From contig OX597819.1 of NCBI GenBank assembly GCA_951406725.2, forward strand, positions 67,146,001 through 67,210,000: a stretch of DNA of 64,000 bases, written 5' to 3'. Shown here one piece after another: positions 1-11,577 of the stretch. Position 1 is the stretch's first letter, and every line of letters begins with the position of its first letter. Both the position numbers and the translations under genes were made by a program. The notes beneath the pieces are model-generated. The model saw nothing but the letters and a program-made list of their open reading frames with translations. It was not told the origin of the DNA and did not search any database. Source of the stretch: Octopus vulgaris. Taxonomy: Eukaryota.

Positions 1-409
1 TAAATATATATGCACACATATACATAAATATATGCATATGTATACATCTGTTTATACACATAACCATAACCATATAGTCATAAATACACACACACACACA
101 CACACATAAGCACACATGCATACATAAACATAGAGACAAACACACACTAACTCATACAACGACACACTTGTATCCGTGAATATTTTATTGAAATGTACAG
201 AAATATATTCTCTCAAAACGACGAGTTTTACTGCTATATTATGTTGCACCTAAAGGCGATTAATCAAACGGGTCCTGTAACATAGGCGGATCTCATGATA
301 AAACTTATTATCGCGGTCACCGAATATACATTGAAAATAAGATGCACCTAACATACTACTTCACTTAGATCTCTTTGTCGCACTCTACCCTTTCATCCTT
401 AGACACGAG

Positions 410-765
410 CTGCCCTCTTCAAATGCCCCTGTCCTTCTCATAGTTCCCTGTCTTGCGAGTTACTTGGTGATCCTGCCAGTGTTGGTGCCATGTAAAAGGC
501 ATCCAGTCCACATTGTAAAGTGATTGGCATTTGGAAGGCTGTCCAGCTGTAAAAATCATTCCGAAATTAACATCGCCTGTGTTAGGACCACGTGAAATGC
601 ATTGAATACACGCTTCAGAGTGGTGGGTATTATAAGCAAGGGTACCAGGTGTATAAAACCTTTCCAAGAGAGAGTAACATGTGGTAGATTTTCTACCTGG
701 CCAGCTCCTGCGAACAGTCCTACCCATGTATGCCTGGAAGATAGACGTTAAGCGATGATGAGGTG
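410..765 (+). mobile_element. Non-autonomous retroposon fragment with RTE-like 3' tail
   Basis: Two diverged internal units (gccatgtaaaaggcatccagtccacattgtaaagtg / ccacgtgaaatgcattgaatacacgcttcagagtg). Ends in ccagctcctg...tggaagatagacgttaagcgatgatg. A related reverse fragment lies at ~10030-10170. The RTE assignment rests on tail resemblance only. Confidence 0.45.
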
Positions 766-770
766 GAGGA

Positions 771-834
<64 letters not shown>

Positions 835-1015
835 TTACAAAAAACACAAAGACGAAGACGGATGAGTAAACAATAAACAGATGTATTACTTTAATAGTCG
901 GGAAGTGAGAAAGTCTTTTACGTTTCTTCTACGGAAAGGAACACAAAAATAAACTGGGAGAGAAAATATAAAAAAGTATAGTGGATAACGATCTATCATG
1001 GCGAATGCCGGACCC
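835..1015 (-). mobile_element. Solitary PLE terminal-repeat (pLTR-like) fragment, family P1
   Basis: Homologous to 5740-5950, 13290-13437 and 52281-52500 (aaagacgaagac...gtattag...cgggaagtga...catggcga). Flanked by (TA)n. The stem II segment of the ribozyme-like motif is deleted. Confidence 0.65.
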
Positions 1016-1031
1016 TATATATATATATATA

Positions 1032-1369
1032 AAGGTAAAGACACCCTTCGGTCATGAATGACCATGGGATTGCACCTGGAAAGTTACCCTCCTAGACACA
1101 AGTCCGGGCAAGGTTGTTTATGGAAGACCAGCAGTTGCCCATGCATACCAGCCTCCCCTCTCCACGCCACCAGTGTTATCCAAGGGAAAGACAAAGGTCG
1201 ATACAGCTTGGCACCTGTGACGTCGCAACTCATTTCTACAGTTGAGTGAACTGGAGCAACGTGAAATAAAGTGCCTTGCTCAAGAACACAACACGCAGCC
1301 CGGTCCGGGATTCGAGCTCACAACCTCACGATCGTAAGCTCGACGCTCTAACCACTGAGCCATGCGCCT

Positions 1370-1371
<2 letters not shown>
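1032..1371 (-). mobile_element. tRNA-derived SINE, family B
   Basis: Minus-strand head ggcgcaTGGCTCAGTGGttagagcg...gagcTCGAATCC (A and B boxes), body gtgttcttgagcaaggcactt, tail ending ctttaccttt. Homologous to 54172-54500. Confidence 0.85.
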
Positions 1372-1443
<72 letters not shown>

Positions 1444-1725
1444 GTGTATATATATTCATATTTATATATATATATTTATATATTTTTTTCGTATATTTTC
1501 AGGTGTTGCTTATTTTTACATTTTGTTTTTTTCTTTGCTGAAATTTTTCTTGAGAACACATTATTCGTGGTAATGGCGATTTGACGTCTATGTTTAGCAT
1601 ATAGGCTGTCCACTTTTAGAGGTCAATCCTCTAAATATTGTATGTAACACAATTTTTAATCCTTGGATATTTTAAAATATGCTAAGCCACTGGTTTTAAT
1701 TGATTAATATCAATTTCTATCCTTA

Positions 1726-1778
<53 letters not shown>

Positions 1779-2620
1779 CCGCCAGTATATTGAAGACTGT
1801 TGAATGCATGTTCACAATAAGATAGAGTATTGTTCCAAAGTGAAGATTACACTGTGATGTTCCACATACTCTAGTCTTTAATGCTCCTTGATAGCTTCGT
1901 GTTGACATAATGTGAAATCCTCGCTCCATCTCTCCATGAAAGGTATGTTATTTACGTCATTCAATATGTACTTGTGGTAACATGTTTCGGTATGTGTTCC
2001 GTTTCCCATTCAACACAGCTGAATCACTGAAAACCACAAGTATCGACCCCAGGCATGTGCTGAAAATAGCAGCTCCTGCGCACAATATTCAACTCGTCAC
2101 AGTCCCTGTTCAGTAGTGTCAACTTATTGCAAGAAAACTGTGCAAAGGCAATGTAAAGTAGGGGAATTTGGATAATTCTGCCAAGGAAAATATTGTGTGT
2201 GTGTGTTTTAATTTTCTATTCTTTTACTCCAAAGGCTACAGCCGTGCTGCTGCACCGCCAGTTTCACGGGCAACTTTTTAACGGTAATTCGCATGTAGTG
2301 GGCTTTGGTAAGTAAGAGTCTGATATTAATCTTTGATTCTTTGATTCTTTTACCTGTTTCAGCCCCAACCTCATTTCAGTTTCTGGGATTTTAGACAGCA
2401 GAAGGATGAGATAATTCATGAAAAATATAACTCCACTCTATGCAGATCTCTTAGGTTATTTGGCAGCTTTGAATCCCATTATGAAATAATGAATCATGTT
2501 ACGAAATAACAAGTTCTACGTTTTTGTCAGCTTTAGCAAATTTTTTCGTCGATTTATGCAGAGCCTTTTTGGTTGTTTCAGGAGAACAAAAAAGCTCGTC
2601 TTTCTTCAACGAAACCAGAA

Positions 2621-2682
<62 letters not shown>

Positions 2683-2720
2683 AATTTTATATATGTGTGT
2701 GTGTGTGTTTTTATATATAC

Positions 2721-2937
2721 ACACAGGTGTGGGTGTGTGGTAAGATGTTTGCTTCCCAACCACAGGGTTCCGAGTTCAATCCCACCTTGGGCAAGTGTCT
2801 TCTACTATAGCATCAGGCCGACCAAAATCTTGAGAGTTGATTTGGTTGACGGAAACTGAAAGAAACCCGTCGTATAAGTGTGTGTATGTTTATGAGTGTA
2901 TTTGTGTGTCTCTTTGTGTGTCTGTTTCATACATATA

Positions 2938-2980
<43 letters not shown>

Positions 2981-3140
2981 TCGGGCTTCTTTCTGTTTCT
3001 GTCTGCCAAATTCACTCACAAGGCTTTGGTTGGCGGTTGGCCTGAGGCTATAACAGAAGACAGCTGCGCATGTTGCAGTGCAGTAGGACTGAACCCCGAA
3101 TCATATGGTTGAGAAAGAAGCCTCTTAATACCTAAAAGCT
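2721..3140. mobile_element. Two family A SINE 5' halves in inverted orientation joined by a microsatellite
   Basis: 2721-2874 (+) and ~2978-3140 (-) both match the SINE A head/core (ccttgggcaagtgtcttctactatag...ggaaactgaaaga). The arms are diverged from each other. Confidence 0.75.
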
Positions 3141-4244
3141 CATACATTTATATACTTCATACACAGGCACTTGTACGTAAATGTGAGCGTTTGTGCATTT
3201 GGGGGGGGGGGTGTTGTATATCACTCCCACCTTACGCGCTTACTACCGATACTTGCCATACATTGTATAGTATACGCGCGAACTATCACTATCGCATAAG
3301 CAGACACACGCAGAAACTGCAGTACGTTGCAGTTCGGTGTATATATCGACAGATTTAATATCTGAGTTTCAAAATATAGATATTAGGTGTAATACGATCG
3401 ACTGAGACCCTTCATGGCAGTGCTCCAGCATGGCCACACTTCAATGGCTGAAATTATTAAAGATGAGAGATAGAGACATGAAACTCGTGTACGCGTTACT
3501 GTGCTATCTTCAATGACTTGGGATAATGAATCCATTCCTACTGGAACATCATCAAATTTCAATTTATTTCAAAGTCAATTTTTTGATACGCCTGACCAAC
3601 TATAGCCATTTTCAAGAACAGAAGTGACCCGCTGACTGTCTTTTTTACATCTATTTTTAGAATTGACATTTTACTCTGACATTTACAACAAAGGATATAA
3701 ATTCCTTAACGCTACAAAAAAACTACGATGCTACCCCTCCTCTTCTTCCGCTCCCTTTCCTCATCTCCACTCTTCTACTTCTTTCGTTTCTTTTTTTCTC
3801 CATTTCTTCCTCTTCTAGTACTTACGTTCCTTTCCTCCGTCTGCTTCTTTCGACTTCCTTTCGTTGTCAACTTCACCACTCAGTCCTGTACTCACGTTTA
3901 AATAACCCTTGTTTACTGATCATGTCTCAGGAGCACTTCAGAGAGCTCTTCCAATTCTAAGCAATGGTGATTTTTGTTGGTGCTCAACCGTTACATTTCT
4001 ACAAATCCTTTTGAGCCGTGTTGGTAGTCGAGTGCTGATACTTTCATGCGCACTAATTATTAGTATTGGTATCACGTCCACTCACTATATTGCACACAAC
4101 CTGCGAATTTCCCACTTCAAATCGTCATTTGTCACATATCCTGAGAACTCTTCAATCACTTTCCTTCCCACGTGTCTTTCCCTGTCTTACCTATTCCATT
4201 CCACAAATGTGTTTTTGCGCGCATGTGCGTGTCTTAGTGTACAT

Positions 4245-4405
4245 ATTTTATCCCCACCACCGTTTGACAACGGTTGATGGTGTGTTTACATCCCTATAAG
4301 AGAAGTTTAAAAATTAGTGCTATAGTTGATTCGCTCAGCTAAAATTATTCAAGGTGGTGCCCCAGCATGGCCCTAGTCTAATGACTAAAACATGTAACAG
4401 ATAAA
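4245..4405 (+). mobile_element. SINE A 3' fragment, degenerate
   Basis: ttgacaacgg..ggtgtgtttac and tail aaggtggtgccccagcatggccctagtctaatgactaaaac. A similar tail fragment lies at ~3395-3470. Confidence 0.6.
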
Positions 4406-4523
4406 TAATATTGAAATCTTTCAAATAGAGATGTAATTGTCAACATATATCGTTGATTAATTAATTGCGTTTAGAACTGAAATATCTAATTTGTATTGTT
4501 TATTAACATATCATTTACCTGTT

Positions 4524-4910
4524 ATAGGCACAGGAGTGGCTGTGTGGTATGTAGCTTGCTTACCAACCACATGGTTCGGGGTTCAGTCCCACTGCGTGGC
4601 ACCTTGAGCAAGTGTCCTCTACTGTAGCCTCGGGCCGACCAGAACCTTGTGAGTGGATCTCGTAGACGGAAACTGAAAGAAACCCGTCGTATATATGTAT
4701 ATGTATAAATAAATATATATATATGTGTGTGTGTGTGTGTGTTTGTGTATGTTTGTGTTTGTGTTTGTCCCCGTAACCTGGTGGTTCGGCAAAAGAGACC
4801 GATAGAATAAGTACTAGGCTTACAACAAATAAGTCCTGGGGTCGATTTGCTCGATTAAAGGCGGTGCTCGGCATGACCGTAGTCAAATGACTGAAACAAG
4901 TAAAAGAGTA
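4524..4910 (+). mobile_element. tRNA-derived SINE, family A, near full length
   Basis: A-box TGGCTGTGTGG, B-box GGTTCAGTCC, CORE-like ccttgagcaagtgt, internal (TA)/(TG) tract, and 3' tail ggcggtgct..gcatg...agtcaaatgactgaaacaagtaaaagag. Confidence 0.9.
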
Positions 4911-5613
4911 TCTACAGTGAATATGGAGATATAAATTTAGAGAAGTAGGTTTTTTTTAATACGTTAGGTTTATGTTAGTATTTTATCATACTTATCTTTC
5001 AGTACATTAAGATGAATAAAAATTTCAGACACAATACGTTTTTCAATGTTGATAATTTGTTGCGAAAACAACGATGAATTGACATATGTATCGGACGAAA
5101 AACAAAAACAGCGGCACACAGTACATAGGAATTTATAAAAATACATATAAATATGTTTCACACTCTATTCTGCGAACATATATGAATATATATATATTAG
5201 CAGATGAAAACGCGGATGTGTTATAAAATCTACATTGAAGATAGAAATGATTACATTATACAGAGAATGCAAGAGTAAGACTCAATAAAACATAAGTATG
5301 GTTGGGAGATTGTATGATAAATATATGCAAATGTATAGTTGATGAGAACTCAAGATAAATCAAATACAGCGAATAATTTGGATCTAAGCTGAAGCTGAGA
5401 GATTAATGATCGCTGTAGTCATAGGATATGGCTGAAGAAAATTATGATGCTTTGTAATAGAAAAGATCTTAACTGCGTAAAACTAAAGGAACATGATAAT
5501 CTGCACTCAAACACAGTGGCATATAACGGAACATATATACATGCGCTTCTGTACGTAGATGTATATCTGTAAGTGTTTTGTGGATGTGAGCATATGTACA
5601 TATGTATATGTGA

Positions 5614-5672
<59 letters not shown>

Positions 5673-5825
5673 TATGTCTGTCTATGTGTCTGGTGTACAT
5701 ATGTGTATATATATATGTATATATATAACGGGAAGCTTTATGAAAATAGACAAAAGACGAAGGCAGGTGGAAAACAAACGAACAATTGTATTAGTATGGC
5801 GCTCAGGAAATATAAATAAAACAAG

Positions 5826-5863
5826 TCTTTAACGTTTCGAGCCTACGCTCTTCAACAGAAAGA
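5826..5863 (-). ncRNA. Minimal hammerhead-like motif with variant core (CUGUUGA)
   Basis: Minus strand: tcttt CTGTTGA a gag cgtagg ctc GAAACGTT aaaga. Stem I is tcttt/aaaga, stem II is gag/ctc, and the palindromic AACGTT sits at stem III. It lies on the PLE sense strand within the pLTR. Confidence 0.55.
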
Positions 5864-6036
5864 TACACAGAGAGAAAAAAAACACAGAAAGAAGGAGAGA
5901 AAAAAAATGCGTGCAGTAGCTAACGAATCAACATGGCGATCTGATTTCGGCCAGAGGTCAAAGATCAAACATGAGACGCGAGAGCGAAATAAGGGGAGAT
6001 AATAGGGTTGATAATATGGTTGAAGGACCAGCTAAC

Positions 6037-6375
6037 AGTGCGTAGGAGGGGTCTGGACGTGTGTATGTATATGGTTGGTGTTAGTATTAGTATGTATAAG
6101 GGTGTGTGTGTGTGTGTGTGTGTATGAGAGAGTATTAGTGCGTAGGATTGGTGTGGACGTGCGTATGTATGGGGTTGGTGTATGTATTAGTATGTATTAG
6201 TATGTATTAGTACGTATTAGTATGTATAAGTGTGTGTGTGTGTGTGTGTATGAGAGAGTATAAGTGCGTATGAGGGGTCTGGACGTGTGTATGTATAGGG
6301 TTGGTGTATGTATTAGTATGTATTAGTATGTATTAGTACGTATTAGTATGTATTAGTTGGTGTATGTATTAGTAT
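6037..6375. repeat. ~100-125 bp tandem unit x3 with (TATTAGTATG)n, inside the PLE 3' UTR
   Basis: agtgcgta.ga.gg.t.tggacgtg.gtatgtat.gggttggtg recurs at ~6037, ~6137 and ~6263. Confidence 0.8.
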
Positions 6376-7723
6376 GGCACATCATATATGATGTGATGTG
6401 TGAAGTCGTGTGGTGTAGTGAGGAGAAGAGGGGGAGAAGGGGGAGAGGGGGAAGAGGAGAGGATGGGGGAGAGAGAGGAGGGGGAGAAGGAAGGGGGGAG
6501 GAAGGGGGAGGAAGGAGGAAAGAGGGAGAGGGGGAGTGAGGGAGCAGAGGAAAGGGGAAGAGGGAAGGAGGGAGGGAGAAAGAGGGAAGAAGGGAAGGGG
6601 AGTAGGGGTGAAAGGATGAAGGACTGAAGAAGTAGGGGTCGGGGGAAAGGATAGGTGAGGAGGGGGAGAGGGGGTTAGATGAGGAGGGGGGAGAGTTGAG
6701 ACCAAATGGCGTATAAGAGCGAAGAGAGAAGATTAATTCCTGTTCACGGCGCAAACGGGAATCCAGATGGCCTCTGTGTAAGGACAAACCGAGCACAGAT
6801 AGGTGTTGCAAGGAGTGACCGGTGGAGCGGAAATGGCGTGAGACCGGTGTGTCGTTCGCAAGGTGGATGTCACGAAGGTGTTCCGCGAACCGGTCAGCCA
6901 AGCGGCGTCCCGTTTGTCCGATGTACAAGGAATTGCAGAGAGAGCAAGAGATGCAATAGATAATATTGCTGGAGGTGCAGGTGAAGGAGTGGATGATGGG
7001 ATAGGGTCGATGGTGGGTGCTAGTGAGGCGGGTGGTGTTGGAGAGGTAAGGGCAAGTGCGGCAACGTGGGCGGGAGCAGGGGAACGAGCCGGGTTGGGAG
7101 GCAGGGTCAGGGAAGGAGCTATGGACCAAAAGGTCTCGAAGGTTGTGGGCTCGTTTGAAAGAGGGGAGGGGTCGGTTAGGGAAGAGGTGTGAAGTGGACG
7201 GGTCGGACTGGAGATGACGGAAAGCTCGAAGAATGGTGCGTTGGAGACGTAGGGTCGTGGGGTGGTAAGTGAGGGGAAAAGGGAGGCGGGAGACTACAGG
7301 GCGGGTTCGGGGAGAGAGAGTAGATACACGGTCCACGGACCGTGCTCTGGCAAGGGCGGTGTGGATAGTGGTGAGGGGGTATCCACGTAGGGTGAAGTGG
7401 TGAGCCATACGTTGAGACTGAGTCTCAAAGTCATGGTCGTCACTACAGAGCCTACGTAGACGGAGGAATTGGGAATAGGGGATGGAAAGCTTGGTGTGTT
7501 CTGGGTGGGAGGAAGAGAAGTTGAGCTATGAGTGTGAGTCTGTGTGTTTGTAGTGAATGGAGGTGGTAAGAGTGGAGTGAAGAATGCTAACCGAAATGTC
7601 GAGGAAGGAGACAGAGGTGTTGGAGATAGTGGAAGTGAAGTGGAGGGCTGGATGGAAAGATTGGACGAAAGAGAGGAAGGAATCTAGATGTTCGCGGGAG
7701 GGTGAGGTGGCACCGATAATGTC
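6353..7723 (-). pseudogene. PLE RT/GIY-YIG coding remnant with one in-frame stop at 7526-7528
   Basis: ORFs 7526..7747 and 6353..7408 lie in one frame, separated by a single TAG. Recognisable homology ends near PFGLN (~6695). The rest is low-complexity read-through. Confidence 0.88.
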
Positions 7724-7745
7724 GTATATATATATATATATATAC

Positions 7746-7780
<35 letters not shown>

Positions 7781-7829
7781 TGTATGTATGTATGTATATA
7801 TGTATGTATATATGTATGTATGTATGTAT

Positions 7830-8175
7830 ATAGCAATAAGAAAATGGAGGGAATCAATAGGTGGTATTATATTATGTCAATTTATTCATTTATTTACTAA
7901 AATGACAATTACAACAATATATATACATGTATAACATATAATGCTTCACATATATAATAAGTAAAGATACCAGTAATTATTGAATTATATAACATACAGG
8001 AATAGAAATTGGGAAAATATCTTACAGCTGTTTCAGCCAAGAGACAACAATACCTCATTCTACCTTTATCTCTCCATTAGACTGATATATTAGTAGATGA
8101 AATTGAGGTGCTTGGGTGTTTCTCTAGGATTCATCAGAGATTTTAGAAAGTACATAAGGTGAAGTTTTAAATATA
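7830..8175 (-). mobile_element. Putative PLE terminal-repeat module (family P2) carrying a hammerhead
   Basis: Bounded by TA/TATG microsatellites and contains the hammerhead at 8019-8141. The PLE assignment is inferred from the known PLE-hammerhead association. Confidence 0.55.
8019..8141 (-). ncRNA. Type I hammerhead ribozyme with long stem II
   Basis: Minus strand: atct CTGATGA [96-nt insert with cc-agaga/tctct-gg and acctca/tgaggt pairings] GAAAC AGCT GTA agat. Canonical core, GUA triplet, stem I atct/agat, palindromic ACAGCTGT. Confidence 0.8.
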
Positions 8176-8284
8176 AATACACACACATATACATACTTAT
8201 ACACATATATTATATAAATAATATATATATATATGCATATATACAAATATATACATACAGGCAAGTATACGTACATTCATATGC

Positions 8285-9180
8285 ATAAGTGGGCACAGGA
8301 CATCACAAAAAGTAAACAACACAAAATACGAAGTAAGAGGACATGGAATATGAATTTTTTGCGAACGACGAAAGGAATAAATGGAAAACAAGACAAGCAA
8401 CACAGCGAATGACCCTTCATCAGTTGTCGGCTATTTTTCTAATCCGTACTTCGAGCAATTCATGACAAGATACGCATTCGATAAAGCAGTTGCTCCCGCA
8501 GAGCAAATTAAATAAAATTTGGGATTTTGCGGAGGGTTAAAATTGGTGACAAAAACAGGACAGTGCTAAGCCTAAACGAGATTGGACAGGAGACAGACAA
8601 GAATACGTCTTCCTTGTGCAGCTGCAACAGGAAGAAACAATGAATCACAAGTTAGAAGAAGAACGAAAAATTCTCGATGGTCACGTAGGAATCACGTGAG
8701 CAAAAAAGGAAGAGTGAGGGAGAGAGAAAGATAAAGAGAGAACTGTGAAGTTGAGAGGAAAAGATACCGAGATAGGATAAGAGAGAAAAAAGAGAGGGAG
8801 AAGGGGAGGTAAAAGAATAAGAGAAAGGAAGAGAGAAAACGAAAGAGTAAAAGGATAGAATAGTGGGAGAAGAGGCGGTAAAAGAATAAGAGAAAGGTAG
8901 AGAAATATAAAGAGTAAAACGATAGAGTACAAGGATAGATTAGTGGGAGAAGAGGCGGTAAAAGAATAAGAGAAAGGTAGAGAAATATAAAGAGTAAAAC
9001 GATAGAGTACAAGGATAGATTAGTGGGAGAAGAGGAGGTAAAAAGAATAAGAGAAAGGTAGAGAAATATAAAGAGTAAAACGATAGAGTACAAGGATAGA
9101 TTAGTGGGAGAAGAGGAGGTAAAAGAATAAGAAAAAGGAGGGGAGAAAAAACGAAAGGTTAATAGGAAGAATAGAGAGTT
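8285..9180. mobile_element. Interspersed repeat (probable PLE 3' region, family P3)
   Basis: 8290-8570 is homologous to 31290-31575. It continues into a purine-rich tandem array, as in the 3' UTR of the 5728-7725 PLE. Confidence 0.5.
8790..9135. repeat. Purine-rich 80-bp tandem repeat, ~4 copies
   Basis: gtgggagaagagg.ggtaaaagaataagagaaaggtagagaaatataaagagtaaaacgatagagtacaaggatagatta starts at 8863, 8943, 9023 and 9104. Confidence 0.9.
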
Positions 9181-9394
9181 GCATTTTCAAGAAATTACCG
9201 AATGTTGCCGACTTGCGTACACACACGCCTATCGCCATCATTCGTTGATATTTTGAAAATATTGTATAAAACCCCAAAATATTGAATGCAAGGTAAGTCT
9301 ACATTAATTCATATATTTGTTTTCCTAAGGTTTGCCTTGCATTTACTTTGCATGGTTTAGGCCTTACTCACGATCCATTCTACAATACACAAAG

Positions 9395-9443
<49 letters not shown>

Positions 9444-9506
9444 CTTTTAGTATAAATTGCTTTTTTATACGGCGCCGTGATTTACATTCCTGTGAATAAT
9501 AATAAT

Positions 9507-9728
9507 GGTATTTTTAAATAAGCTGAAATCTTATGGCGATCACCGTGCAACGACCAAGGAGCATATAAAGGGGCATATAAGCTCCCGACAGAAAAAAGAA
9601 GGCTTTCACACGCGGGATGGAAAGCCTTCATTTTTTCTTTCGAGGGCTTTATATGCTCCTTTATTAAACTCTTCTCCTTAGTCGTTGCACGGTGATCGCC
9701 ATAAGCTTTAAGCTTATATAAAAATACC
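9507..9728. repeat. ~220-bp imperfect palindrome
   Basis: ggtatttttaaataagc..cttatggcgatcaccgtgcaacgac...gaaggctttc is mirrored by gaaagccttc...gtcgttgcacggtgatcgccataag..gcttatataaaaatacc. Confidence 0.9.
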
Positions 9729-9731
9729 TTT

Positions 9732-9809
<78 letters not shown>

Positions 9810-9819
<10 letters not shown>

Positions 9820-10460
9820 CACGTGTATATATATACGTTTACGAATTTGCTTTGCAAGATTGGACTAAACAGAAAAAGAGGCGAAACGCGGGATGTATAT
9901 ATGTAAAATATTATTAGAGACAAAAAAGTCGGTATAGTGGTCACAGGATATGTGACGTAAGATTCCCAGACGATATACATACATACATACATACATACAT
10001 ACATACATACATACATACGTACATATATATACGCAGGTTTGTGAGCTAGAGGACTACACCAACCTATAATATCTGCTTTCGCCTGGTTTTTACGGGTGGC
10101 TGTCTTTTCTAATGCCAGTAACTTTACAGAGTGTAGTGGGCAATTTTTATGTGGCACTAGCACGGGTAAGGACATGGAGCAATTTCACGGACAAAGACCT
10201 ATCGATGATTTAAAAATAAGTAGCCACTCGCAAAACTACAAACTTTCACCGAACTGCTAATATACGGAGATTTCACACAATATATATTCGTTCTTCATTT
10301 CAGATTTATTATATTTTTGTTCTTATTTTATTGTCCTTCGTCTGGGAATCTTACGTCACATATCCTGTGACCACTATACCGACTTTCCATCCCGCGTTTC
10401 GCCTCTTTTTCTGTTTAGTCCAATCATGCAAAGCAAATTCGTAAACGTATATATATACAC

Positions 10461-10465
<5 letters not shown>
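9810..10465. repeat. Near-perfect inverted repeat, arms ~9810-9973 and 10338-10465
   Basis: The arms match as reverse complements except for one substitution and a ~29-nt insert in the left arm. Both outer ends run into (TA)n. Confidence 0.9.
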
Positions 10466-10548
<83 letters not shown>

Positions 10549-11577
10549 ACATATATACATATATATTTATACAAGTGCGCATGCATATATGTATTTCGTC
10601 AGTTTACTTTGTAAAGGAAACCATGGATTTGCCAAGCAACGTAATGACATTACTCCATTTGCGCCTTTTACACGCACTCATATTCACATACTTCAGCGGG
10701 TTGTAAATTTCCGGTTGTGTATATCCGTTTATATTTGAAAGCTCTTGTGGTACATACTTTTACGTGACGCAATTTCTAACCTCCTCTTTGGTTAGTATAG
10801 AGGAAATAAAAAATATAACAAGACTTTATAAAGCCATCATTATAGTAACGAAATCTGATTCATTTTTGTTATTTTTGTCAGAGAGCATTATGTTAAAGTT
10901 TAATGTTGTTACTCTTTGATCGTAATTGTATTTATATAACGGTCAGTTAAAGAAAACGGGAGATTGTTCCAATCTAATGAGGGAGACGGACTCAACATTC
11001 AGCTTTATTCCTTCAATGTTCATTTAATCGAAACTAATGTTCAAACGCCGGAGTTAATCATTCTCACTATGATGAGGGCTTTACTCGCTGATGAGAGATC
11101 AAAGGAAAATTTCCACTTGAGATCACGAACATTAACGGATCATGTGTTGACAATGATCTAACAACCAACCATTTGTTTGTAAATTCAACCTTTTTATTGA
11201 AAGTCAAGTGACCAACCGTGGAAACACCAAGTAACAAACAAAGCAGATTTAAGCAAGACTAACAAATGAACACCAATTCTTGTAACAAATCCTTCTAGAA
11301 ATCACTATCATCCGTCCATCACATCATACCTGTTATAAACATATAGACAGTCATATTGGATTATATAGTGTAGATATAATATATTGGAAAGGGAGATGAA
11401 AGGACTAGGATGCGATCTTTCATTGTACAAGTTTGGTTAGAAACGTTTGACCTAGGAATAAACATAAGCAGCGACATACACAGCGGTCATTCGAAATTCT
11501 TTAGCAACTGGTCGAATGTTTAAGTGTTTTTAAACTGCAGGAAAAACCTTATATGCCTTTATGGTATGCTTTGCTAA

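Larger units (their letters stand above)
5728..7725 (-). mobile_element. Penelope-like retroelement, 5'-truncated (RT C-terminus, GIY-YIG endonuclease, 3' UTR, pLTR)
   Basis: Minus-strand reading gives DIIG...HPALHFT..SFLDI..IHYKHTDSHS*LNFSSSHP.HTKLSIPYSQFLRLRRLCS, then C..PRCRTCP and NIIYCISCSLCNSLYIGQTGRRLADRFAEH...GLN. The element is flanked by (TA)n on both sides. Confidence 0.93.

Noticed and set aside
8410-8458. CTGATGA on the minus strand in family P3 as a hammerhead
   Set aside because: No GAAA with compatible stems I and III could be assembled, and the two copies near 31420 and 31650 have altered cores.
9192-9298. Candidate exon ending in AAG|GTAAGT
   Set aside because: All three frames contain stops, and there is no other support.
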